The notes under the pieces: generated by a model | Database searches by the model: none | Seen by the model: the letters and a program-made list of their open reading frames with translations, nothing else | Told to the model about the DNA's origin: nothing | Made by a program: the position numbers and the translations under genes | Shown: one piece after another, positions 17,835-25,983 of the stretch | Layout: each line of letters begins with the position of its first letter | Numbering within the stretch: the first letter of the stretch is position 1 | Origin: an uncultured bacterium | GTDB lineage: Bacteria > Bacteroidota > Bacteroidia > Chitinophagales > CAIODY01 | Direction of reading: 5' to 3' | Length of the DNA stretch: 30,959 nucleotides | Assembly: GCA_903871715.1 (NCBI GenBank) | Contig: CAIQHW010000601.1 | Coordinates: 1-30,959, forward strand

Positions 17835-20510
17835 TTACCCCAACGTAGGCCTCAACCATTTCTCAGCATCTTCATAACTCATTCCTTTTCGTTGAGCATA
17901 ATCAGCTAATTGCGATTTATCAATTTTTCCAACGCCGAAATATTTAGCATGCGGCGAAGCAAAATACCAACCGCTCACACTTGCAGCAGGATACATTGCC
18001 AACGATTCTGTTAAAGTAATTTCAGATTGCTTGGTTGCATCAATCAACTCAAACAATTTTATTTTTTCAGTATGGTCAGGGCAAGCAGGATAGCCTGGTG
18101 CAGGACGAATGCCATTGTATTCTTCAGCAATCAATTGTTCATTGGTTAAAGTTTCTACAGTTTCATAACCCCAATATTCTGTTCTAACTTTCTTATGCAA
18201 TAATTCTGCAAATGCTTCAGCAAGCCTGTCAGCCAAGGCTTTCAGCATGATAGAAGAATAATCATCATGATTATCTTCAAATTGTTTTACGTACTTTTCA
18301 ATGCCAATTCCTGCCGTAACTGCGAATGCTCCAATGTAATCCTGAGAATTGCTTTGCTTCGGCGCAATAAAATCTGCAAGACAAAGATTTGGTTGATTAG
18401 ATGCTTTAGTTGTCTGCTGTCTTAAAAATTGCAAATTGATATTTGATGATTGTAAATTGATTTCCACATCATCTGCATCATTTGAATTGGCTTCAAAAAT
18501 TCCAAACGAAGCTTTTGCAGTCAACCATTTTTCTGAAATAATTTGCTGCAACATTTTTTGAGCATCATTGTATAAATGTGTTGATTGTTCACCAACAATT
18601 TCATCTTTTAAAATGGCAGGAAATTTTCCGTGCATTTCCCAAGTGATGAAAAACGGCGTCCAATCAATATATTCAGCTATTTCAGCCAAGTCGTAATTCT
18701 CTAAATGTTTTACACCAATGAAATTTGGTTTAGCAATTTTTTCTTTTGCCCAATCAATTTTGAATTTGTTTTCTCTTGCTTTTTCAATTGGCAATAATTT
18801 TTTGTCAGATTTTTTATTGGCAAAATCTTCTGCCAATTTTTGATATTCTGCTTTTACTTCCGAGGTAAATTTTTCTTTTTCTTCACTCAACAAAGTGGTT
18901 GAAACATTCACACTTTTCGATGCGTCCAACACATGAATCACTGCATTATTGTAGGCTGGTGCTACTTTTACAGCAGTATGCATTCGGGATGTAGTGGCAC
19001 CGCCAATCATCAATGGAATGGTAAAACCTTGACGTTGCATTTCGCTTGCCACATGCACCATTTCATCCAACGATGGTGTAATCAATCCACTCAAACCAAT
19101 AATGTCAACATTTTTTTCTTTAGCTGTTTGCAATATTTTTTCGGCATGAACCATCACTCCTAAATCAATAATTTCATAACCATTACAACCCAATACCACA
19201 CCCACTATGTTTTTGCCGATGTCGTGTACATCGCCTTTCACCGTTGCCATCAATATTTTTTTTGCACCGCCTTGGTCAAAACTTGGATTATCTAATTTTT
19301 CTTGTTCGATAAAAGGTGTAAGATATGCCACCGATTTTTTCATTACTCTGGCACTCTTCACCACTTGAGGTAAAAACATTTTTCCACTACCAAATAAATC
19401 ACCCACCACACTCATTCCAGCCATCAACGGACCTTCAATCACATGCAAAGGACGACCATACTTTTGTCGAGCTTCTTCTGTATCTGCATCAATGTATTCG
19501 ATGATGCCATTCACTAACGAATGTGTCAAACGTTCTTCCACTGTGCCTTTACGCCATGTTTCATCTTTTACTAAAACTTTTCCTTTGCTCTTAATTGTAT
19601 CAGCATGCGCAACTAATCTTTCTGTAGCATCATCTCTTCGATTTAAAATTACATCTTCCACCAACTCCAATAATTTCGGTTCAATTTCATCATAAACCTG
19701 TATCATTCCTGCATTTACAATACCCATGTCCATACCTGCTTTGATAGCATGATACAAGAACACTGAATGAATTGCTTCACGAACAACATCATTTCCTCTG
19801 AACGAAAATGACACATTACTCACACCACCACTTACTTTCACCAATGGCATTTTTTGCTTGATGATTCTTGTGGCTTCAATAAAATTCACCGCATAATTAT
19901 TATGCTCTTCAATGCCTGTGGCTACTGCAAAAATGTTAGGGTCGAAGATGATGTCTTGCGGTGCAAAACCAACTTGCTCCGTCAAAATTTTATACGCTCT
20001 TTCGCAAATCGAAACTTTTCTTTCAATCGTATCAGCTTGCCCTTGTTCGTCGAAAGCCATTACCACAACGGCTGCGCCGTACATCAAACACAATTCGGCT
20101 TCGTGAATAAATTTTGCTTCGCCTTCTTTCATCGAAATCGAATTCACAATCGCTTTGCCTTGCACACATTTCAAACCAGCCTCAATCACACTCCATTTGC
20201 TGCTGTCAATCATTATTGGCACTTTGCTGATGTTAGGTTCGCTGGCAATCAAATTTAAAAATTTGGTCATCGCAGCTTCGCCATCCAACATACCTTCATC
20301 CATGTTCACATCAATAATTTGTGCACCATTCTCCACCTGCTGCAAAGCCACAGCCAAGGCTTCATCGTATTTATCTTCTTTGATTAATCGAGCAAACATT
20401 TTCGAACCAGTTACGTTGGTACGTTCTCCGATGTTGATGAAATTAGTATCTGGTCGAAGCGTTAATGGTTCAAGTCCTGAAAGTTTTAAGTATGGATGTA
20501 TTGTTGTCAA
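17835..20510 (-). CDS. metH: Cobalamin-dependent methionine synthase, C-terminal part (pterin-binding, B12-binding and reactivation domains)
   Basis: [27 protein letters not shown] (DxHxxG), [21 protein letters not shown]; TTG start with an in-frame stop 8 codons upstream. Confidence 0.95.
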   Translation of the reverse strand: MTTIHPYLKLSGLEPLTLRPDTNFINIGERTNVTGSKMFARLIKEDKYDEALAVALQQVENGAQIIDVNMDEGMLDGEAAMTKFLNLIASEPNISKVPIMIDSSKWSVIEAGLKCVQGKAIVNSISMKEGEAKFIHEAELCLMYGAAVVVMAFDEQGQADTIERKVSICERAYKILTEQVGFAPQDIIFDPNIFAVATGIEEHNNYAVNFIEATRIIKQKMPLVKVSGGVSNVSFSFRGNDVVREAIHSVFLYHAIKAGMDMGIVNAGMIQVYDEIEPKLLELVEDVILNRRDDATERLVAHADTIKSKGKVLVKDETWRKGTVEERLTHSLVNGIIEYIDADTEEARQKYGRPLHVIEGPLMAGMSVVGDLFGSGKMFLPQVVKSARVMKKSVAYLTPFIEQEKLDNPSFDQGGAKKILMATVKGDVHDIGKNIVGVVLGCNGYEIIDLGVMVHAEKILQTAKEKNVDIIGLSGLITPSLDEMVHVASEMQRQGFTIPLMIGGATTSRMHTAVKVAPAYNNAVIHVLDASKSVNVSTTLLSEEKEKFTSEVKAEYQKLAEDFANKKSDKKLLPIEKARENKFKIDWAKEKIAKPNFIGVKHLENYDLAEIAEYIDWTPFFITWEMHGKFPAILKDEIVGEQSTHLYNDAQKMLQQIISEKWLTAKASFGIFEANSNDADDVEINLQSSNINLQFLRQQTTKASNQPNLCLADFIAPKQSNSQDYIGAFAVTAGIGIEKYVKQFEDNHDDYSSIMLKALADRLAEAFAELLHKKVRTEYWGYETVETLTNEQLIAEEYNGIRPAPGYPACPDHTEKIKLFELIDATKQSEITLTESLAMYPAASVSGWYFASPHAKYFGVGKIDKSQLADYAQRKGMSYEDAEKWLRPTLG

Positions 20511-20512
20511 GA

Positions 20513-20543
20513 TGTATGAATTACGAGTTAAGAATTATGAGTT
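20513..20543. repeat. Degenerate 7-nt tandem repeat, consensus RTTAYGA, about 4.4 units
   Basis: TGTATGA ATTACGA GTTAAGA ATTATGA GTT. Confidence 0.55.
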
Positions 20544-20791
20544 TGTTTTCTTTTGAAAAAGTGTTTTTTGAAAAGAAAAAAATTCAACAAGAAAATCAAA
20601 ATGATTAAAGCATAGCAAACTAAAAAAGTAAGAATCTTCGTTTGATGGGTTGGAGAAATTTCATTTTTATCCTCATCAAACGAAGCAAACCAAGGAGCAA
20701 AAAACAACATAATCGCAAACAATAGCGATATAGCGAAACAAGCCACCAATGATACTTTGAACAGTATGTTTTTGTTTTTTTTCAAAATCAT
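20528..20791 (-). CDS. Small two-TM hypothetical membrane protein
   Basis: 87 aa with two hydrophobic stretches; start overlaps the ORF6N stop (ATGA). Confidence 0.55.
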   Translation of the reverse strand: MILKKNKNILFKVSLVACFAISLLFAIMLFFAPWFASFDEDKNEISPTHQTKILTFLVCYALIILIFLLNFFLFKKHFFKRKQTHNS

Positions 20792-21330
20792 TTTTTCTTT
20801 TTAAATCCTTCAATCACAGTTCTCGGTTTTGCTTCTTGTTGCAGTAGTTTATTTAGGTAATCGAAAATAGTTTTCATTTTCCTATCGTGCGATGTGAACT
20901 TAAATTCCAACTGTTCCAATTTCAAATACAAGTCTTTATGTTCTAAAATAAATCCCTTCATTTTGGTAAACAATCTGATGATTTGAATATTCACTTCGAT
21001 TGCTCTATCCGATTTCAAAACACTCGAAAGCATTGCTACGCCTTGTTCGGTGAAGGCGTAAGGCAAATATTGAGTGCCGCCTCTCTTTTCAAACTTTGAG
21101 GTCACAATTTGTGACCTCAAAGTTTCCCATTCTTCTCTAGATAGTTGAAACATAAAATCATCAGGAAACCTTTTAAGATTTCTTTTTACTGACTGTATTA
21201 AAACTTTCGTTTCAACTTCATACATTTCCGCTAAATCCCTATCCAACATAACTTTCTGACCACGAATAATAAATATTCGTTCCAATATTTGTGTGTCGGA
21301 AATAATTATTTCGGTAGATTTATTTTTCAT
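20788..21330 (-). CDS. ORF6N domain DNA-binding protein
   Basis: IRGQKVMLDRDLAEMYEVETKVLIQSVKRNLKRFPDDFMFQL, LRSQIVTS, GGTQYLPYAFTEQGVAMLSSVL, C-terminal coiled coil. Confidence 0.92.
   Translation of the reverse strand: MKNKSTEIIISDTQILERIFIIRGQKVMLDRDLAEMYEVETKVLIQSVKRNLKRFPDDFMFQLSREEWETLRSQIVTSKFEKRGGTQYLPYAFTEQGVAMLSSVLKSDRAIEVNIQIIRLFTKMKGFILEHKDLYLKLEQLEFKFTSHDRKMKTIFDYLNKLLQQEAKPRTVIEGFKKKK
21091..21125. repeat. Perfect 35-bp palindrome inside the ORF6N coding sequence
   Basis: AAACTTTGAGGTCACAA-T-TTGTGACCTCAAAGTTT (17-bp arms, 1-nt centre). Confidence 0.95.
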
Positions 21331-21351
21331 TCTAAATCGTTTTTATTCTCC

Positions 21352-21411
21352 AAAATTGGAAGTTGCAAATTGTGACTTCAAATTTCTCTAAGATTCCAAT
21401 TTGGAATCTTA
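21352..21411. repeat. Two tandem palindromes upstream of ORF6N, related to the internal one
   Basis: Unit 1 AAATTGGAAGTTGCAA-A-TTGTGACTTCAAATTT (13/16 paired, centre 21369); unit 2 TAAGATTCCAA-T-TTGGAATCTTA (11/11 paired, centre 21400). Confidence 0.85.
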
Positions 21412-21416
21412 AAATT

Positions 21417-21432
21417 CTTTGTGTCTTTGTGG
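21417..21432. repeat. 8-nt tandem repeat CTTTGTGT-CTTTGTGG
   Basis: Seen directly; abuts the stop codon of the N-terminal metH gene. Confidence 0.5.
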
Positions 21433-22458
21433 CTATACTGTTTCAAGTGTTGGCAATTCTCTCGGTTTAAACTTCTTCATATGCTCCGCCATGTGTTTAA
21501 TATGGTCAGGTGAAGTGCCGCAGCAGCCGCCAACAATATTTACCCAACCATTCACAACCCATTCATCAATCACAGCACACATCATTTCAGGCGTTTCATC
21601 ATAGCCACCAAATGCATTTGGCAAACCTGCATTCGGATAACAACTCACATAACACGATGCAATTTGATTCAATTCTTCAATGTGCTGACGCATATCAGCC
21701 GCTCCCAAAGCACAATTCAAACCAACAGAAAATGGTTTGGCATGAGCAATGGAAGTATAAAAAGCTTCTAAAGTTTGTCCACTTAAAGTTCTGCCACTGG
21801 CATCGGTGATAGTACCGCTAATCATTATCGGCAATTCAATTTGCTTGTCTTTAAAATATTTTTTCGTGGCAAAAATTGCAGCTTTTGCATTTAATGTATC
21901 GAAAATCGTTTCGATTAAAATGATGTCAACGCCGCCATCCACAAGGGCTTCCACTTGTTCATAATAGGCTTGCATCACTTCATCAAAAGTTACAGCACGA
22001 TAACCAGGATTGTTTACATCAGGAGATAGCGACAGCGTTCTGTTGGTTGGACCAATTGCTCCTGCAACAAAACGAGGTTTGTCAGGATTTTTTGTTGTGC
22101 ACTCCAATGCCGCAGCTTTGGCCAATTTCGCTGATTCAAAATTGATGTCGTAAACTTCATTTTGTAAATGATAATCAGCTTGCGCAATAGTAGTTCCACT
22201 GAATGTATTGGTTTCAATAATATCAGCACCAGCTTCCAAATATTCTTTATGAATAGCCGAAATAATATCAGGTCTTGTGATGGACAACAAATCATTATTG
22301 CCTTTCAAATCGTGCTTGGAATCTTTGAAAAATTCACCGCGATAATCGGCTTCAGTGAGTTTGTAACGCTGAATCATAGTGCCCATAGCACCATCGATTA
22401 TTAAAATGTTTTTTGAAATTGCGGCATGTAAAGCCGCTGTGGTAGCAGGTTGTGTCAT
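21433..22458 (-). CDS. metH: Methionine synthase N-terminal part (homocysteine S-methyltransferase domain)
   Basis: [20 protein letters not shown], zinc ligands GLNCALG and VGGCCGT; own TAG stop. Confidence 0.93.
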   Translation of the reverse strand: MTQPATTAALHAAISKNILIIDGAMGTMIQRYKLTEADYRGEFFKDSKHDLKGNNDLLSITRPDIISAIHKEYLEAGADIIETNTFSGTTIAQADYHLQNEVYDINFESAKLAKAAALECTTKNPDKPRFVAGAIGPTNRTLSLSPDVNNPGYRAVTFDEVMQAYYEQVEALVDGGVDIILIETIFDTLNAKAAIFATKKYFKDKQIELPIMISGTITDASGRTLSGQTLEAFYTSIAHAKPFSVGLNCALGAADMRQHIEELNQIASCYVSCYPNAGLPNAFGGYDETPEMMCAVIDEWVVNGWVNIVGGCCGTSPDHIKHMAEHMKKFKPRELPTLETV

Positions 22459-22534
22459 GTTTATTAGTTTTTATGTTAGTGAAAAAAATGTGCTTTCAAC
22501 CTAAACAATAAACAAATCCAATTGAAAGCGGTTG

Positions 22535-22542
22535 CAAATGTA
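22535..22542 (-). promoter_or_regulatory. -7 promoter box TACATTTG upstream of metH
   Basis: Exact TAnnTTTG match 76 nt before the ATG. Confidence 0.6.
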
Positions 22543-22566
22543 TGTATAAAAATGAAAAAAAAAAAA

Positions 22567-23991
22567 TTATTCCACCTTCGTAATCTTCACCATATTAGTT
22601 GGCAATTCCTTTGAAGTGGGCATGGAGCCTGTGTTTACAACCACATTATCCTTTTGAAGAAAATTTTTCTCTTTCAAAATTTTGTGAGTGCCTGCAACCA
22701 TTTCGTCAATCGTATTCATATCCTGATAATAAAAAGCAGCCCGAACACCCCAACTGAGGCTGATTTGATTCACTAATGATTTTCTATCCGTAAAAACATA
22801 CAGTGGACAATGTGGGCGAAAACTGCTCACCATAAATGCGGTGTAACCACTTCTTGTTGTTGCAATCAAAGCGTCAGCTTCAATATCGGCAGCTATTTCA
22901 GCGGCATTATAACACAAGGCATCACTCAAAAAACTTGGCGAATGTTTTTGCGGAATAAGGTTGCGATTGTAAACACCTTCTTCTTTTTCCACTTCCACAA
23001 TAATGCGTTTCATAGTTTCTACTACTAACACAGGATGCTGACCTGATGCGGTTTCGCCGCTCAACATCACTGCATCAGCACCTTCTAATACAGCACTGGC
23101 AACATCCGTAATATCGGCTCGTGAAGGCTTCGTATTTTCCATCATGCTCTCCATCATTTGCGTAGCCATAATCACAGGTTTGGCTCTGTGCAAGCATTTT
23201 CGGATGATGGTTTTTTGAATCAACGGAATTTGTTCAATCGGCAACTCAACGCCCAAGTCGCCACGAGCAACCATCACACCATCTGCCTCTAAAATAATTT
23301 CACGTAAATATTCCAACGCTTCGGGCTTTTCAATTTTCGCAATCACTTTGATAAAACTTTTTTTGCCCTGAATAATTGTTTTGATGTCAACAATATCTTG
23401 CGGCTTGCGAACGAATGAAAGCGCCACCCAATCTAGCTCTTGAGCGATGATGAAATCTAAATCAGCTAAATCTTTTTCGGTTAAACAAGGCAACGAAATT
23501 TTTGTGTTGGGTAAATTGATTCCTTTCTTGCTACGTAAAACACCGCCCTGTGGGCATTCCAGCCGCACTTGTTTATTCGCATGGTCAATTCCGATAACTC
23601 TTAATTCTATTTTTCCATCATCCACCAAAATAGTTTGACCCACTTCTACATCATCATGCAAGTTGGGATACGACACATAAATGCGTTGTGCATTGCCAAC
23701 ACATTTTTCGTTGGTAAATAAAATTTGCTGACCTGGAATTAAATGTAACTCGTTGTTTTCGATTTCACCAATTCGCAATTTTGGTCCTTGCAAATCGCCC
23801 AAAATAGCAGTGTTGTAGCCATATTCAGCATTCAATCTGCGAATGTGTTTGATGACTTCACCATGGCTTTCGTGAGTGCCATGCGAAAAATTTAATCGAA
23901 AAACATTTACGCCAGCTTTCATTAATTCATACAACATTTCGTACGAACTACAAGCTGGTCCTACTGTTGCAACTATTTTTGTTTTGTTCAT
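22567..23991 (-). CDS. pyk: Pyruvate kinase
   Basis: TKIVATVGPA, RLNFSHG, DLQGPKLRIG, IAKIEKPEA, DGVMVARGDLGVE, ATQMMESM, MLSGETA. Confidence 0.97.
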   Translation of the reverse strand: MNKTKIVATVGPACSSYEMLYELMKAGVNVFRLNFSHGTHESHGEVIKHIRRLNAEYGYNTAILGDLQGPKLRIGEIENNELHLIPGQQILFTNEKCVGNAQRIYVSYPNLHDDVEVGQTILVDDGKIELRVIGIDHANKQVRLECPQGGVLRSKKGINLPNTKISLPCLTEKDLADLDFIIAQELDWVALSFVRKPQDIVDIKTIIQGKKSFIKVIAKIEKPEALEYLREIILEADGVMVARGDLGVELPIEQIPLIQKTIIRKCLHRAKPVIMATQMMESMMENTKPSRADITDVASAVLEGADAVMLSGETASGQHPVLVVETMKRIIVEVEKEEGVYNRNLIPQKHSPSFLSDALCYNAAEIAADIEADALIATTRSGYTAFMVSSFRPHCPLYVFTDRKSLVNQISLSWGVRAAFYYQDMNTIDEMVAGTHKILKEKNFLQKDNVVVNTGSMPTSKELPTNMVKITKVE

Positions 23992-24001
23992 TTTTATTTT
24001 T

Positions 24002-24973
24002 TTACGAAGCCAAAATCTTCACCATTTTCAAAATTTCTTTGTCGATGGATGGATGTTGTTTAATTACATTTTCAAATTTTGTGTACACAATTTTATCATT
24101 CACCAATCCTGCCATCACCTGAAAGTTATTGTCCAGCAAGGCTTCTACGGCTGCAAAACCTAATCGGCTGGCAAGCACTCTATCAAAATATGTGGGCGAA
24201 CCACCACGTTGAATATGCCCTAACACCGTTGTTCGAGCATCAATATTTGGAAATTGTTTTTTCACTTTTTCAGCAATCGTTATCGCATGACCTGCATCGT
24301 CGCCTTCGGCAACAATAATAATGTGGCACATTTTTTTTCGCCGAAAATCATCTGCCAAATGTTTGTACAAATCTTCTAAATAAGTGGGTGTTTCGGGAAT
24401 TAAAATTTCTTCTGCGCCTGTTGCAATACCAGCGTTCAGTGCGATGTAGCCTGCATCTCTGCCCATCACTTCTACAAAAAATATTCTGTCGTGAGCATCG
24501 GCAGTGTCTCTGATTTTATCAATGGCATACATGGCTGTGTTCACTGCGGTATCAAATCCAATAGTGAAATCGGTGCCGCTCAAATCTTTATCAATCGTGC
24601 CTGGAACGCCCACACAGGGCACGTTGTACTCATTTTTAAAAACATTTGCACCCGTAAAAGTACCATCGCCACCAATAGCAATTAGGCCATCAATTTTATG
24701 TTTTTGTAAATTTTCAAAAGCTGTTTTTCTTCCTTCAGTAGTTTTAAAACGCTCACTGCGACTGGTTTTTAAGATAGTTCCACCAGTTTGAATAATGTTA
24801 GAAACACTATCCAAATTCATTTTTACAAACTCGTCATTTATCATTCCCTCATAACCATGCTTGATGCCACTCACTTGCAAACCTTTGCTGATAGCGGTTC
24901 TTACCACTGCTCTGATAGCTGCATTCATGCCTGGTGCGTCGCCACCGCTTGTAAAAAGGGCTATGTGTTTCAT
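24002..24973 (-). CDS. pfkA: ATP-dependent 6-phosphofructokinase
   Basis: TSGGDAPGMNAAIRAVVR, GGTILKT, IGGDGT, PGTIDKD, VEVMGR, LGHIQRGG; start moved from 25024 to ATG 24973. Confidence 0.97.
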   Translation of the reverse strand: MKHIALFTSGGDAPGMNAAIRAVVRTAISKGLQVSGIKHGYEGMINDEFVKMNLDSVSNIIQTGGTILKTSRSERFKTTEGRKTAFENLQKHKIDGLIAIGGDGTFTGANVFKNEYNVPCVGVPGTIDKDLSGTDFTIGFDTAVNTAMYAIDKIRDTADAHDRIFFVEVMGRDAGYIALNAGIATGAEEILIPETPTYLEDLYKHLADDFRRKKMCHIIIVAEGDDAGHAITIAEKVKKQFPNIDARTTVLGHIQRGGSPTYFDRVLASRLGFAAVEALLDNNFQVMAGLVNDKIVYTKFENVIKQHPSIDKEILKMVKILAS

Positions 24974-25155
24974 TTGAAAATATTTTTTGAAAACAATTTT
25001 TTGAGCCACAACAAAGATGCACAAAGAATTTTATTGCGCTCATTTCAAAATGATTGCTTATTTTTGAAACAGCAATTTATTTGCTCAATGCCTCAACAAC
25101 ACAAAATTTACTCACCGTTTTGTTGACGCCAAAAATTTTATAGAAAAATTATTTC

Positions 25156-25941
25156 ATGCAATACAACACGTTACGTGGCAAATTAAACATTAAGGAATAC
25201 GGCAGACACATGCAAAAAGTGGTGGAATATATCATCGCCATCGAAGACCGTGAAAAGCGCAACCAGTTTGCAAAATCGACCATCGAGTTGATGGGCATGT
25301 TGTTTCCTCATTTAAAAAATGTGGAAGATTTCAGACATAAATTGTGGGACCATTTATTTATCATGAGCGATTTTAAATTGGATGTAGATTCGCCTTATCC
25401 AACACCAACGCCCGAAACAGTGGTGGCAAAACCGAAGATGCTGAAATATCCGCGACATGCAGTAAAATTCAGGCATTACGGGCATAATGTAGAAGTACTA
25501 ATTGCAAAGGCATTGGCTGAAACTGATGCAGAAAAAAAAGCGCAATTTGCTGAAAGTATTGCTACGGTGATGAAAATGACTTATCGAAATTGGAATAATG
25601 AAGATGTAAATGATGATACAATTAAAGACGATTTGCGCATGATGAGTGGCAATGAATTGTATTTGGATGAAGCGCAAAGCATAAAAAATATGCAGCTTCG
25701 CCAATTTCATCGTGGTGTAGATATGAATACCAAACGACAATTTGGTGGCAATAATCGCAATCGAAATAATAACAATCGCAATCGCCCCAACAACAATAAT
25801 AGAAACAACAATGCTGCTGGAAGTGGCAGTAGTAGCGGAAATAATGGAGGCAACAACAATAATCGCCGACCAAATAACAACAATAATAATCGGCGATTTA
25901 ACAACAACAATCGCCCCAATAATAATCCACCAACGCGATAA
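25156..25941 (+). CDS. DUF4290 domain protein with an Asn/Arg-rich C-terminal tail
   Basis: MQYNT...KEYGRHMQK, DFRHKLWDHLFIMSDFKLDVDSPYP, RHYGHN, MKMTYRNWN. Confidence 0.85.
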   Translation: MQYNTLRGKLNIKEYGRHMQKVVEYIIAIEDREKRNQFAKSTIELMGMLFPHLKNVEDFRHKLWDHLFIMSDFKLDVDSPYPTPTPETVVAKPKMLKYPRHAVKFRHYGHNVEVLIAKALAETDAEKKAQFAESIATVMKMTYRNWNNEDVNDDTIKDDLRMMSGNELYLDEAQSIKNMQLRQFHRGVDMNTKRQFGGNNRNRNNNNRNRPNNNNRNNNAAGSGSSSGNNGGNNNNRRPNNNNNNRRFNNNNRPNNNPPTR

Positions 25942-25948
25942 AAAAATT

Positions 25949-25979
25949 AAAGCGGAATCAATTTTTGATTCGGCTTTTT
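25949..25979. terminator. Bidirectional terminator between DUF4290 and rnhB
   Basis: AAAGCGGAATCAA-TTT-TTGATTCGGCTTT (one mismatch) between convergent genes. Confidence 0.7.
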
Positions 25980-25983
25980 AGTT

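Noticed and set aside
19854-20556. 133-134 aa plus-strand ORFs
   Set aside because: Antisense shadows of metH.
21352-21411. CRISPR array
   Set aside because: Only two non-identical palindromic units, no unique spacers, no cas genes.
20511-21432. metH as a disrupted pseudogene, or an intein/intron insertion
   Set aside because: Both halves have intact catalytic motifs with their own start and stop; no intein, reverse transcriptase or homing-nuclease motifs; a two-gene metH is known in the phylum.
25498-25981. Alternative-frame ORFs over the DUF4290 tail (poly-Leu, poly-Cys/Tyr, poly-Ile/Thr)
   Set aside because: By-products of the AAT/AAC-rich low-complexity sequence.
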